From an uncultured Chthonomonadaceae bacterium (lineage in GTDB: Bacteria > Armatimonadota > Chthonomonadetes > Chthonomonadales > Chthonomonadaceae), in the NCBI GenBank assembly GCA_963835065.1, contig CAWIEK010000001.1, forward strand, positions 1 to 64,000: DNA of 64,000 nucleotides, in the 5' to 3' direction. Made by a program: the position numbers and the translations under genes. The notes beneath the pieces are model-generated. The model did not search any database. It was not told the DNA's origin and saw only the letters and a list, made by a program, of their open reading frames with translations. Shown one piece after another: positions 54,361-64,000 of this stretch (its first letter is position 1; every line of letters begins with the position of its first letter).

Positions 54361-55638
54361 ATGCTCAACCCTTCCCTGCGGCGGCGCTTCGCGTCGAGTC
54401 GCCTGTTTGTGTTCCTCAGCCTGTTGGGGCCGGGTATTATTGCCGCCAACGCCGACAACGACGCCAGCGGCATTTATGGCTACTCGCTCGCCGGCGCGCA
54501 GTATCGTTACGCCATGCTGTGGGTATTGGTGCTGTCCACCATCTCGCTCGGCGTGGCGCAGGAGATTTGCGCCCGCATGGGAGCCGTGACCGGCAAGGGG
54601 CTGGCCGATCTCATCCGCGAGGAGTATGGCGTTAAAATCACGCTGTTCGCCATGCTCGCCCTGCTTGCCGCCAACTTCGCCACAACGGTTTCCGAGTTCG
54701 CGGGCATTCTCGCCGCCGTAGAATTGTTCGCGGGGCCGAAGGCGCGGTTTTGGGCGCTGCCGCTTGTCGCGGGAGTTGTTTGGATGCTGGTGGCGCGGGG
54801 TTCCTACAAGCGTTTGGAGCGCATCCTGCTCGGCGCGTCGCTGGTTTACCTGCTTTACATCGTAAGCGCGTTTCTGGCGCATCCGAACTGGGGGCAGGTG
54901 GCGCGGGAAACGCTTGTTCCCAACCTGAAAGCCGTTTCGCCATTCAAAGATTACGTGTTTATGATTATCAACGTGGTCGGCACGACGATCACGCCCTGGG
55001 GCCAGTTTTATATCCAATCGTCCGTGCGGGATAAGGGGATTCAGGCCAGCGAGTACGCGCATACCCGCCTTGATGTTCTATTCGGCGCATTTTTCACCAA
55101 CTTCATCGCCTTTTTTATCATCGTGTGCTGTGGAGCCACGCTGTTTGCGGCGGGTATCCATCAGGTGGATGATGCGGGACAGGTGGCAAGAGCGCTGACG
55201 CCCCTCGCCGGTTCGCTGGCGACGGTGTTGTTCGCCATCGGCCTGTTCAACGCTTCGTGCTTCGGGGCTATTGCCGTGCCGCTTTCCACAGCCTACGCGC
55301 TGACCGAGTCGCTTGGCTCCGAGTCCGCATTGGGCAGACGGACGCGGGAAGCGCCCCTGTTCATCGGCACGTTTACCTTTCTGATTGTGGCGTCCGCCCT
55401 GCTGGTCATGTTGTTTCCCTCGCATTTGACAACGCTGATTCTGCTGCCCAACATCATCGGCGCGGCGCTGCTGCCGATCATTCTGGTGCTGATGCTCCTG
55501 CTCGTCAACAACAAGCGCCTGATGGGAGAGTTCACCAACAGCCGCATTTACAATGCTATTGCCTGGACGACAACCGTCGTGCTGATTGTTTTATCGCTCA
55601 TTCTCTTCGTGACCAACATCCTGCCCGTCGGGCACTGA
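54361..55638 (+). CDS. NRAMP-family (Mg2+-transporter-like) protein; alternative start at 54298
   Basis: GPGIIAANADNDASGI, GTTITPWGQFYIQS. Confidence 0.92.
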   Translation: MLNPSLRRRFASSRLFVFLSLLGPGIIAANADNDASGIYGYSLAGAQYRYAMLWVLVLSTISLGVAQEICARMGAVTGKGLADLIREEYGVKITLFAMLALLAANFATTVSEFAGILAAVELFAGPKARFWALPLVAGVVWMLVARGSYKRLERILLGASLVYLLYIVSAFLAHPNWGQVARETLVPNLKAVSPFKDYVFMIINVVGTTITPWGQFYIQSSVRDKGIQASEYAHTRLDVLFGAFFTNFIAFFIIVCCGATLFAAGIHQVDDAGQVARALTPLAGSLATVLFAIGLFNASCFGAIAVPLSTAYALTESLGSESALGRRTREAPLFIGTFTFLIVASALLVMLFPSHLTTLILLPNIIGAALLPIILVLMLLLVNNKRLMGEFTNSRIYNAIAWTTTVVLIVLSLILFVTNILPVGH

Positions 55639-55645
55639 CAAGGGG

Positions 55646-55798
55646 AATTCTTCACCACCAAGACGCTAAGAACACCAAGAAGAGCGAGAAGAAAGACGTA
55701 ATAAAAACTACAGGAGTGAACGTAAACGTCTCCGGTTCTGTGCCTTTTTCGTTGCCTGTTTTCTCTTGGTGTTCTTGGCGTCTTGGTGGTGAAGAATT
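55646..55798. repeat. MITE/REP-like element, copy 2 of the 26221 family
   Basis: aattcttcaccaccaagacgctaagaacaccaag ... gttgcctgttttctcttggtgttcttggcgtcttggtggtgaagaatt. Confidence 0.85.
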
Positions 55799-55818
55799 AT
55801 GTGAAAGGAGGTTTTACC

Positions 55819-57253
55819 ATGATCTGGAGATTGCGCGTTGCGGGCAGGCAGGCGGCATTGTTAATCCGGCTGGCAGTTCTGGCGACTCTGTGCTGCCTTC
55901 CCTGTGGCGCGTTTGGACAGGCCGAGCCGACGCCTTCCGGCGGCAATCCGCAGAAGCCTGCGCCCGCCGCGCCGCCCAATCTGCCGCCCCGCGCCCTTCT
56001 GCCCTACGAAATCGGCCTGCAAGCCACGCTGATTGACCAGCAGTTGTTCAAGTTTCACAGTCCTTATGCCGGGCCGCTCAGTCTGCGCTCCCGAACCGAA
56101 AACGAGAAATCCGATACCTACACGCTGTATCTGGGCGTCCGGCTGACAAAGGGACTGGAATTTTTTATTAACCCGGAAATGGCGCGCGGCAACGGCATCA
56201 GCCAGGCGCTTGGGATTGGCGGGGTTCACGAACGGCGACGTGATCCGCAACCCCACGCTTGGACAGGACCCCTATTTCGGGCGCTACCTGCTGCGCGGCA
56301 CGGTTCCCCTCGGCAAAGAGGAAGAAGAGATTCCGCCGGGAGAAAATCAGATCGCGGGCACGAAACGCCCCGTTCATCGCGTGGTCATTACAGCAGGCAA
56401 ATTCGGAACCAACGATATTTTCGACACCAATGCGTATGCCAACAGCACCCGGACACAGTTTATGAACTGGTCGCTTATCAACAACGGCGCGTTTGATTAT
56501 GCGGCGGATACCAGGGGCTACTCGCAGGGGCTTGCCGTCGAATGGGTCAACCCGAAGTGGGCGCTGCGCGTCGGCTCGTTTCAAATGCCCACGGAAGCCA
56601 ACGGCATCAGCCTTTCCGACGACCTGATACACAGCCGGGGCGACCAGGCCGAAGTGGAACTGCATCCGCGTTTATTGCCCAAAAAGAACCCACTCGTGCT
56701 GCGGCTGTTGGGCTATCGCAACTTCGCGCGCATGGGCGATTATCGGCAGGCCGTTTCGCAGGCGCAGCAGGCCGGGACAACGCCCGATATTACCGCCACG
56801 CGCAGGCGCGGCAACGTGAAGTACGGTTTCGGAGTCAACTTCGAGCAGCCGCTTGCCGACGACGGCAACACGGGCGTTTTCGGACGCTATGGCTGGAACG
56901 ACGGGCGTACCGAAAGTTTCGCGTATACGGAGATTGACCGTACGCTTTCCTTCGGCGGGCAGTTGTCCGGCAAGCGCTGGAAACGAGCGGATGACCGTTT
57001 AGCGCTCGCCCTCGTGCAAAACGATCTTTCCAGTCCGCATAAGGACTATCTCGCGGCAGGCGGCCAGGGGTTTCTGTTGGGAGACGGCAGGCTCAACTAT
57101 GGCCCGGAACAGATTTTAGAAACGTACTATTCGTTTCAAGTGGCAAAGCCGCTGGCGCTGGCGCTGGATTACCAGTTCATCAACCATCCCGGCTACAACC
57201 AGGATCGCGGCCCCGTTTCCGTACTGTCGCTGCGGGCGCATCTTGAATTTTGA
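55819..57253 (+). CDS. OprB-family outer-membrane porin (MnoP-like); frameshift near 56210
   Basis: Signal peptide; GLAGFTNG, FDYAADTRGY, FLLGDGRLNYGPEQILETYY, PGYNQDRGPV; terminal Phe. Confidence 0.85.
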
Positions 57254-57348
57254 ATGTCGGCTGCTGTCCAGATCAAGCAGGCAACGAAATCACGGCAGCA
57301 GCGTAAATGGGTTCACGGGTTGATAATCTGCCGGGGGGAGAACACCAG

Positions 57349-58752
57349 ATGAGTGCATCCAGAGAGCCGTTTGGGGAGCGACAGCGGCTGATGACCGTGC
57401 GCCGGGATGTGATGGAAGTGGCGCGGCAAATTCGCGCCACCCTCGCCCCGGAACAGGCGGCGCAGCTGCGCGAGGTTCTGCAAACCTACCATCCCGCCGA
57501 CCTTGCCGACGCCATGCTGTTTCTGGGCGAACACGAAGATACCGTCGTTTTCCAGGCGCTCGATACGGAAGAAGCCGCCGAAGTGCTGGACGAGGTAGAC
57601 GCGGCGACGGAAGCCCGGCTTATCGGCGTCACCAGCCCGGATAGGCTTGCCGACATGCTGGAACATCTGCCTCCCGATGAAGGAGCCGATGTGGTCGGCG
57701 GAATGTCCCGAGAGGAAGCCGAACGGGTCTTGACGCTGACGGATACGGTCACAGCGCGGGAAATCCGCGCGCTCCTCGCGTATCCCAAAGATACAGCCGG
57801 CGGCATTATGTCGCTGGGCTACGTGGATGTACTCGACACGGCGACGCAGGCGGACGCCATTGCCCGCTTCCGCGAAAAGCAGGACGCGGAACACATCTTC
57901 TTTGTCTATGTCGTGGACGCGCAGGGTAGCCTACGCGGGTCTGTAGACTTGCGGACGCTGCTTACCGCCAATCCCACAACGCCGATACGCGAACTTATGT
58001 GCGCGGAAGTGGTCACGGTCACGCCCGATTGCGACCAGGAACAGGTTGCCCACGTTTTTGCCCGCTATGACCTGACCGCCCTGCCTGTTGTCAGCCCGCG
58101 CCCGGAACACCGCTTGTTGGGCGTGATTACGTCCGATGACATTATTGACGTGATTCAGGAAGAAGCGGCGGAAGATGTCGCCCACATGTCCGGCTCGGAT
58201 GCGCAGGAACTGGAGAACAAATCCCCCGCGCGCGTGGCCGTCCTGCGCCTGCCGTGGATCATGGCGACCCTGTTCATCGAACTGCTGGCCGGGCTTGTGA
58301 TTCACGTTTTCGATAAAACGCTGACGAAATATATTCTGCTGGCCTCGTTCATGCCGATTATTTCCGCCATTTCCGGCAACACGGGCTTGCAGTCCGCCGC
58401 CATCATCATACGAGGCTTATCCACCGGACACGTTCAGCTTGCGCACTGGAAACATGCCGTGCTGCGACAGATAGGCACGACGGCGATTTTGGGCGGGGCC
58501 TGCGCCCTGACGCTCGGCCTCATTGGGGCAATCTGGGATCACCATTGGGCGTTCGGCCTGACGGTATTTTTGGGCATGTTTCTTGCCGTCAACATCGCGG
58601 GCATCGTCGGCACGATTGTTCCCCTGCTTTCCAAGCGGGCGGGCTTCGATCCCGCGCTGACGGCAGGGCCGTTTGAGACCGCCTTTCAGGACGTGATCGG
58701 CATCAGCATCTTCCTGAGTCTCGCCGCTTTCCTGCTCCACTGGCTGCGGTGA
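57349..58752 (+). CDS. mgtE: Magnesium transporter MgtE
   Basis: HPADLAD, TAGGIM, CBS pair, RLPW, SGNTGLQS, DPALTAGPF. Confidence 0.95.
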   Translation: MSASREPFGERQRLMTVRRDVMEVARQIRATLAPEQAAQLREVLQTYHPADLADAMLFLGEHEDTVVFQALDTEEAAEVLDEVDAATEARLIGVTSPDRLADMLEHLPPDEGADVVGGMSREEAERVLTLTDTVTAREIRALLAYPKDTAGGIMSLGYVDVLDTATQADAIARFREKQDAEHIFFVYVVDAQGSLRGSVDLRTLLTANPTTPIRELMCAEVVTVTPDCDQEQVAHVFARYDLTALPVVSPRPEHRLLGVITSDDIIDVIQEEAAEDVAHMSGSDAQELENKSPARVAVLRLPWIMATLFIELLAGLVIHVFDKTLTKYILLASFMPIISAISGNTGLQSAAIIIRGLSTGHVQLAHWKHAVLRQIGTTAILGGACALTLGLIGAIWDHHWAFGLTVFLGMFLAVNIAGIVGTIVPLLSKRAGFDPALTAGPFETAFQDVIGISIFLSLAAFLLHWLR

Positions 58753-59583
58753 AAACAACACAAACACATCTTGCAAACACAATGGACGAGATCGCAAAAT
58801 ACAACAGGGAACGCTGGCAGGCGCTTGCGGATGCGGATGCGCTTTTTACGCGCCCCAACCTTGATCTTACACCTGCTTCAGCGCGGGAGTTTCTGGATGC
58901 CGAGGGGATGCTTGGCGAGGTGGCAGGCAAGGAGGTACTGTGCCTCGCTTCCGGCGGCGGGCAGCAGTCGGCGGCATTTGCCCTGTTGGGAGCCAACGTC
59001 ACCGTATACGATCTGTCGGAAGCGCAGTTGGAACGGGACAAACAGGCGGCAGCGCATTATCATATTGCCATCAAAACCGTACAGGGCGACATGCGGGACT
59101 TATCGGCATTGCTCTCTGCCTCCTTCGATCATCGTATATCAGCCCTTTTCGATTGGCTACGTTCCCGATGTCAGGATTGTGTTCGCGCAGGTGGCAAGAG
59201 TGCTGCGTCCAGGCGGAATGTATTACCTTGCGGGTGACAATCCGTTCCTGTGCGGCATGAGCGCGGCGGATTGGAACGGCGAAGGCTACACGCTGAAAGC
59301 GCCTTATCAGGACGAGGCGTTGTACGTCAGCCCCGACCCGGAGTGGGTGTACGCCCGCAGTGCGAAGCCCCTGCCCGATGTGCGCGAGTCGCGCTTGTAT
59401 CGGCATACGCTTGCCAATATGCTCAACAGCCTGTTCGAGTTGGGCTTTACCCTGCTGCATGTTTCCGACAGCAAGCACATCTACCCGGATACGAGCGCCG
59501 AGCCGGGCACGTGGGATCATTTTGTCGCTTACGCGCCCGTTTATCTCAGTTATTGGCTGCGCTACCAGCCCGCCACTTTGTAA
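58749..59583 (+). CDS. Class I SAM-dependent methyltransferase (frameshift near 59130)
   Basis: VLCLASGGGQQ, QGDMRDL, RVLRPGG. Confidence 0.88.
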
Positions 59584-59666
59584 TGGTCAGATTCTCCCCA
59601 AAGGCCGGGTACTTTCAGTACCCGGAACCTTCCTGCGCACACAAGATTGCGCCCTATTTTATGTCA

Positions 59667-60824
59667 TCAACGCGCCTGCACGGACACCCATTGCCGATGC
59701 TGTTCGCCCACATACACGGACTGCGGACGTATGAGGCGATTGAGGCGCTGCTGCTCGAAACAATGGGCTATCCACCCGGCGACGCGCCCGATGGCAAACG
59801 TAGGCGTGAATAGTTCTGTCGGCAGTCCCAAACCGTGCAGCAATAAGGCTGTATAGAATTCCACATTGGTTTGCAGATGCCGTCCCGGTTTGTATTCCTC
59901 CAAAAGACGCAGAGCGGTTTGCTCTACAGACAATGCCAGCGCGTACAGCGCCTTGTCTCCATCGTTGTTGAACAAACGCTCTGCCGCCGACGCCAGCACG
60001 TCGGCTCTTGGGTCACGAACCTTATAAATGCGATGTCCAAATCCCATCAGCCGCTCACCCTGTTCCAGTTTTGCCCGCAAATAAGCTTCGGCGTGTTCCG
60101 CTTGCCCGATTTCAAACACCATGTCTAAGGCCGGGCCGGGAGCGCCGCCATGCAGCGGGCCTTTCAGCGCGCCGACTGCGCCGACAATCGCGGACACCAG
60201 ATCGGACCGCGTGGCAATAATGACGCGGGCGGCAAAAGTGGAAGCGTTCAAGCCATGATCTACGACGGTGTTCAAATAGGTGTCAAGCGCGTGGCTCTGC
60301 TCGTATGTGGGTTCTTCACCCGTAAGCATGTACAGGTAGTTGGCGGCGTGGCCCAGATCAGGCCGGGGCGCAACGAGCGGCTTGTCGTTGAGCCGCCGCC
60401 AGTAAGCCGCGATGATCGTGGGAAAACTCGCTGTCAGCAGGATGGCTTCGCGCTCAATGCCGGAGGTTTGGCCTGCCCCGCTTCCAAACTGAGAGTGCTG
60501 GCCGCCATTCGCAGCGCATCCATCGGGAGCGTCTTTTTGGCCGCCGCCGCTTGCAGCACATGCAAGCGTGATTTCCGGCAGCGTTCTATGCGCTGAAAGC
60601 GCCTGCTTAAACTCTGAAAGTTGGGCGGCGTTCGGTAGCGCGTCATGCCACAGCAGATACGCCACTTCCTCAAAACCTGCCTGTGGCGCCAGTTCTTCGA
60701 CAGGAAACCCGGCGATTATCAACTCGCCCGCTTGCCCGTCCACGCCGCTGATGCGCGTTTCCGCGGCGACAACGCCCTCCAATCCCGCTTTTACCTGTGT
60801 TGCCGTCCCTGTTGTTGCTGTCAT
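59667..60824 (-). CDS. Citrate/methylcitrate synthase family protein (compensating frameshifts ~60480-60570)
   Basis: GLEGVVAAET, DHGLNASTF, GPLHGGA, GFGHRIYKVRDPRA, NVEFY. Confidence 0.92.
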   Translation of the reverse strand: MTATTGTATQVKAGLEGVVAAETRISGVDGQAGELIIAGFPVEELAPQAGFEEVAYLLWHDALPNAAQLSEFKQALSAHRTLPEITLACAASGGGQKDAPDGCAANGGQHSQFGSGAGQTSGIEREAILLTASFPTIIAAYWRRLNDKPLVAPRPDLGHAANYLYMLTGEEPTYEQSHALDTYLNTVVDHGLNASTFAARVIIATRSDLVSAIVGAVGALKGPLHGGAPGPALDMVFEIGQAEHAEAYLRAKLEQGERLMGFGHRIYKVRDPRADVLASAAERLFNNDGDKALYALALSVEQTALRLLEEYKPGRHLQTNVEFYTALLLHGLGLPTELFTPTFAIGRVAGWIAHCFEQQRLNRLIRPQSVYVGEQHRQWVSVQAR

Positions 60825-60897
60825 GCTCGTTCCTCCCGTTGCAAGGTGACTGTTCTTCCGGCTATAATATGAGACAGGAGTACTAGCATTGTCAATC

Positions 60898-60913
60898 TTG
60901 ATTCCGCAATCAA
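60898..60913. promoter_or_regulatory. Palindrome between divergent citrate-synthase-family genes; candidate operator
   Basis: TTGATT-ccgc-AATCAA. Confidence 0.5.
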
Positions 60914-60949
60914 TATATGATTTAGAGCAGGATGTGAGCGAACAGCGTA

Positions 60950-62221
60950 GTGAGCAAAGAGGAACCAAAACAGAATACGGGCGTGTACATGAGCGCGGCG
61001 GAAGCGGCGCAGGCGTTGGGCATCAGCCTGCCGACGCTGTATTCGTATGTCAGCCGGGGGCTGCTTCGTTCCGAGTTTGCGGACGCGAGGAAGCGAACGC
61101 GGCGCTACCATGCCGAAGATGTACAGCGGCTGAAAGAGCGGCAGGAAATCCGGCGCGACCCGCAGAAAGTAGTGGACACCGCCCTGCATTGGGGAACGCC
61201 CCTCCTGCCCTCCGCCCTGACGCTGATTGAAGGAGGACGCTTCTACTATCGCGGGCAGGACGCGCTTGATATGGCCGTAAACAGTACCGTTGAGCAGGTG
61301 GCGGCATGGATGTGGACAGGCAACGCGGCACAGGCAAATGTTCTCTTTTCACAGCCGCTTTTGCCCCTGCCGCCGCATGTCGAAAGCCTGTTGCCCTTGC
61401 TGCGCGAGGTGCCGCCGATGGAGCGTTTTCAGGCGGTTTTACCCCTCTTAGCGGCAGAGGATGTGGCGGCTTATGATTTTCGGCCTTTCCCGGTGGCGCT
61501 GACGGGCGCGCGCCTGCTGCGGCGAATGGCAATGCTTGCGGTAAACGAGGAAAAAGGTTCAGCGGAGGAAGGCATCGCGGGCTGGCTGCAGCAGGCGCAG
61601 AAGCCACAACACCCGCAAGCCGCGCCGCTCTTTAATGCCGCTTTGATTTTGTGCGCTGACCATGAATTGAATGTTTCTTCGTTTACAGCGCGGTGCGTGG
61701 CTTCGGCAGGTTCCCCGCCCTATGCCGTTGTCAGCGCCGGATTGGCGGCTTTGCAGGGCGTCAAGCATGGCGGGATGAGCGCGCGCGTGGAAGCCTTATT
61801 CCGGGAAACCGGCAGGCCGGAGCAGGCGCGCGATTTGATTGCGCAGCGTATCCGGCGCGGCGAGACTGTGCCGGGTTTCGGGCATCGGCTTTACCCTGAC
61901 GGCGACCCGCGCGGCAAACTGCTGCTGGAACTGGTAAAATCCGCGTATCCACAAGCGCCGAGTGTACAATTAGCTATGGCGCTGGCGGAAGCGGCGGAAT
62001 CAGCGTTGCGCGAACAACCCAACATTGATTTCGCTCTGGCGACTTTGTGTTCAACACTGGAACTGCCTTCAGGAACGGCCATTACCTTGTTTGCGCTGGG
62101 ACGGGCTATCGGCTGGATCGGACATGCGATAGAAGAATATCAGGCCGACCACCTTATTCGTCCGCGCGCTCACTACACCGGAAGCCTGCCGCAGGGTTCA
62201 AAGGCAACCGAAATAACATAA
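60950..62221 (+). CDS. HTH (MerR/excisionase-like)-citrate synthase fusion protein
   Basis: MSAAEAAQALGISLPTLYSYVSRGLL; ADHELNVSSF, GVKHGG, GFGHRLY, NIDF. Confidence 0.9.
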   Translation: MSKEEPKQNTGVYMSAAEAAQALGISLPTLYSYVSRGLLRSEFADARKRTRRYHAEDVQRLKERQEIRRDPQKVVDTALHWGTPLLPSALTLIEGGRFYYRGQDALDMAVNSTVEQVAAWMWTGNAAQANVLFSQPLLPLPPHVESLLPLLREVPPMERFQAVLPLLAAEDVAAYDFRPFPVALTGARLLRRMAMLAVNEEKGSAEEGIAGWLQQAQKPQHPQAAPLFNAALILCADHELNVSSFTARCVASAGSPPYAVVSAGLAALQGVKHGGMSARVEALFRETGRPEQARDLIAQRIRRGETVPGFGHRLYPDGDPRGKLLLELVKSAYPQAPSVQLAMALAEAAESALREQPNIDFALATLCSTLELPSGTAITLFALGRAIGWIGHAIEEYQADHLIRPRAHYTGSLPQGSKATEIT

Positions 62222-62290
62222 CGCGCTTTATGGCGCAGGCCCTCAGCCTTGCGCAGAGGCTTGGCGGCGCGCAAAGAATAGGATTTTCAG

Positions 62291-62671
62291 ATGAATGTGA
62301 AAAATGTATTGGGCGAAGCGTTAGAGCCGTGTTCCCTGCAGCCGCTGACGGGCTTTCGGCGCGACGGCTGCTGCAGCACGGACGCCGATGATGGAGGCTT
62401 GCATCTCGTCTGCGCCCAGGTGACGCAGGACTTTTTGGAGTACACCAAAGCGCAGGGCAACGATCTTTCCACCCCGATGCCCGCGTATGGCTTTCCAGGC
62501 CTGAGACCCGGCGACCGCTGGTGCCTGTGCGTGGACAAATGGCTGGAAGCCAAAGAAGCCGGAGTTGCGCCGCCCCTGATTTTAAGCGCCACGCACCAGA
62601 AAACCTTGCAGCACATCTCCCCGGAAACCCTGACCGCGCACGCGCTCGACGCGCCGAAAACTGATATTTAA
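62291..62671 (+). CDS. DUF2237 family protein
   Basis: NVLG..L.PCS..PLTGFRRDGCC, GNDLSTP, GDRWCLC. Confidence 0.92.
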   Translation: MNVKNVLGEALEPCSLQPLTGFRRDGCCSTDADDGGLHLVCAQVTQDFLEYTKAQGNDLSTPMPAYGFPGLRPGDRWCLCVDKWLEAKEAGVAPPLILSATHQKTLQHISPETLTAHALDAPKTDI

Positions 62672-62714
62672 CCAAGAAACCATGACGCCTGTTATAAGTC
62701 CAAAGGAGACATCA

Positions 62715-63071
62715 ATGATAACCGTTGCCAACCGCATCTTCGTAGCGCCCGAATATGCCGAACAGTTTGAAGAAGCCTTTCGCAAGCGCGCGGGCCTTGT
62801 GGATGGGATGCCGGGCTTCCTTTCCAACCAGGTGTTGCGCCCCGTTAATCCCGGCGATCCTTACATCGTTCTGACGCTGTGGAATGCGCGCGCCGATTTT
62901 GAAGCCTGGATACGCTCTGAGGCGTTCATGCAGGGCCATGCCAAGTCCGGTTCCCTGCCGAAAGAAGCCTTCAGCGCCCCGAACAAACTGGAAGTGCATG
63001 AAGTCATTCAGGATTCCAGCCGCCCTGACCTTGCTCCCGAACCCCACGGCGAGCCGTTCAAAATGCACTGA
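62715..63071 (+). CDS. Antibiotic biosynthesis monooxygenase (IsdG/HmoB-like)
   Basis: MITVANRI..FEEAF..R....PGF...W..SEAF..GH. Confidence 0.88.
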   Translation: MITVANRIFVAPEYAEQFEEAFRKRAGLVDGMPGFLSNQVLRPVNPGDPYIVLTLWNARADFEAWIRSEAFMQGHAKSGSLPKEAFSAPNKLEVHEVIQDSSRPDLAPEPHGEPFKMH

Positions 63072-63217
63072 AAAAGCAACGACACAAACAAGTGTACGCA
63101 AAAAAATGCTTCTTCTATTTCGCGCAACATGACGTTTGAGGAGTTTTGGAATGGTTGGAGTGAGGTAATCCGCGCAAAGTCGCTAACAACCATGTGAAGA
63201 TTCGTGTAGAATAGAGT

Positions 63218-63934
63218 ATGCAAACGGAAACAAATGACAGTTGCAATAAACGCGCGAACGGAACGCGGCGAACTTTTTTTGCCGGGGCTGCCGGCGCGCT
63301 GCTTACTCTATTGAGCGGCTGCGTGGGGCAGCCGGCGCTTTCTACGGAAACGAACACAGCCATGACGCCATTACCGACAACAACCATTGACGCGCCGCAG
63401 GGCCGGGAAGTCGCGACCTTCGCGGGCGGCTGCTTCTGGTGTACCGAAGCGATTTTCACCGAACTCAAGGGCGTGGACAAAGTGGTTTCCGGGTACGCCG
63501 GCGGCCACATTCCCAAGCCGACCTACGATCAGGTTTGCGGCGGCAATACAGGACACGCCGAAGCCATTCAGATCACGTTTGACCCGAAAGTGATTTCGTA
63601 CCGTGACCTGCTGCACATCTTCTTCACGACGCATGATCCGACCACGCTGAACCGACAGGGCGCGGACGCGGGAACGCAGTACCGCTCCGCCGTCTTCACG
63701 AGCAGCGCGGAACAAAAACAGGCTGCGCAGGAAGTGATTAAAGAAGTCAACGCGGAGCATATCTGGGATAATCCCATCGTGACCGAAGTAACCGACTTTA
63801 GCAACTTCTACGCGGCGGAAGCGTATCATCAGGACTATTTCGCGCAAAATGGCGGGCAGGGCTATTGCCGCGTCGTCATCGCTCCTAAAGTGACGAAGTT
63901 CCGGCAGAAGTATCAGAACCTGCTGAAACGGTAA
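63218..63934 (+). CDS. msrA: Peptide-methionine (S)-S-oxide reductase with Tat-lipoprotein-like signal
   Basis: FAGGCFWCTE, GHAEAIQ, QYRS, AEAYHQDY; RRTFF...LSGC. Confidence 0.95.
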   Translation: MQTETNDSCNKRANGTRRTFFAGAAGALLTLLSGCVGQPALSTETNTAMTPLPTTTIDAPQGREVATFAGGCFWCTEAIFTELKGVDKVVSGYAGGHIPKPTYDQVCGGNTGHAEAIQITFDPKVISYRDLLHIFFTTHDPTTLNRQGADAGTQYRSAVFTSSAEQKQAAQEVIKEVNAEHIWDNPIVTEVTDFSNFYAAEAYHQDYFAQNGGQGYCRVVIAPKVTKFRQKYQNLLKR

Positions 63935-64000
63935 TGGCTTTTCGATTTTATACTAATCGTAAATCAAACGTTCAAGATGCTTCAAGGGCGGGCTTGATGA

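Overview
GC-rich bacterial chromosomal segment, probably from a diderm Armatimonadota-like genome (inferred from the prepilin/DUF1559 gene, PEP-CTERM proteins with an exosortase/EpsI locus, and an SLH-like protein). The backbone is housekeeping genes (purB, serA, mutY, thrC, mscL, mreB, murA, uppP, mgtE, msrA, citrate synthases). Many genes, including essential purB, carry single-base frameshifts, which most likely reflects assembly indel errors. Best candidate for an undescribed system, at about 4.8-14.5 kb: a strong sigma70 promoter, a secreted beta-rich protein, a membrane-anchored TPR-like/C39 peptidase with no ABC transporter, and an RHS toxin whose N-terminus carries a correctly spaced double-glycine leader motif (LSAAEMAQWKGS). 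These are followed by an AT-rich candidate immunity gene and a duplicated RHS N-terminal segment. Second highlight: a spore-photoproduct-lyase-like radical SAM gene interrupted inside its CxxxCxxC motif by an intein N-half and then stopping, consistent with a naturally split intein. Also present: a Pho-box-like 11-bp repeat array, several MITE/REP families, heptamer tandem repeats inserted in frame in proteins, and a divalent-metal uptake cluster.
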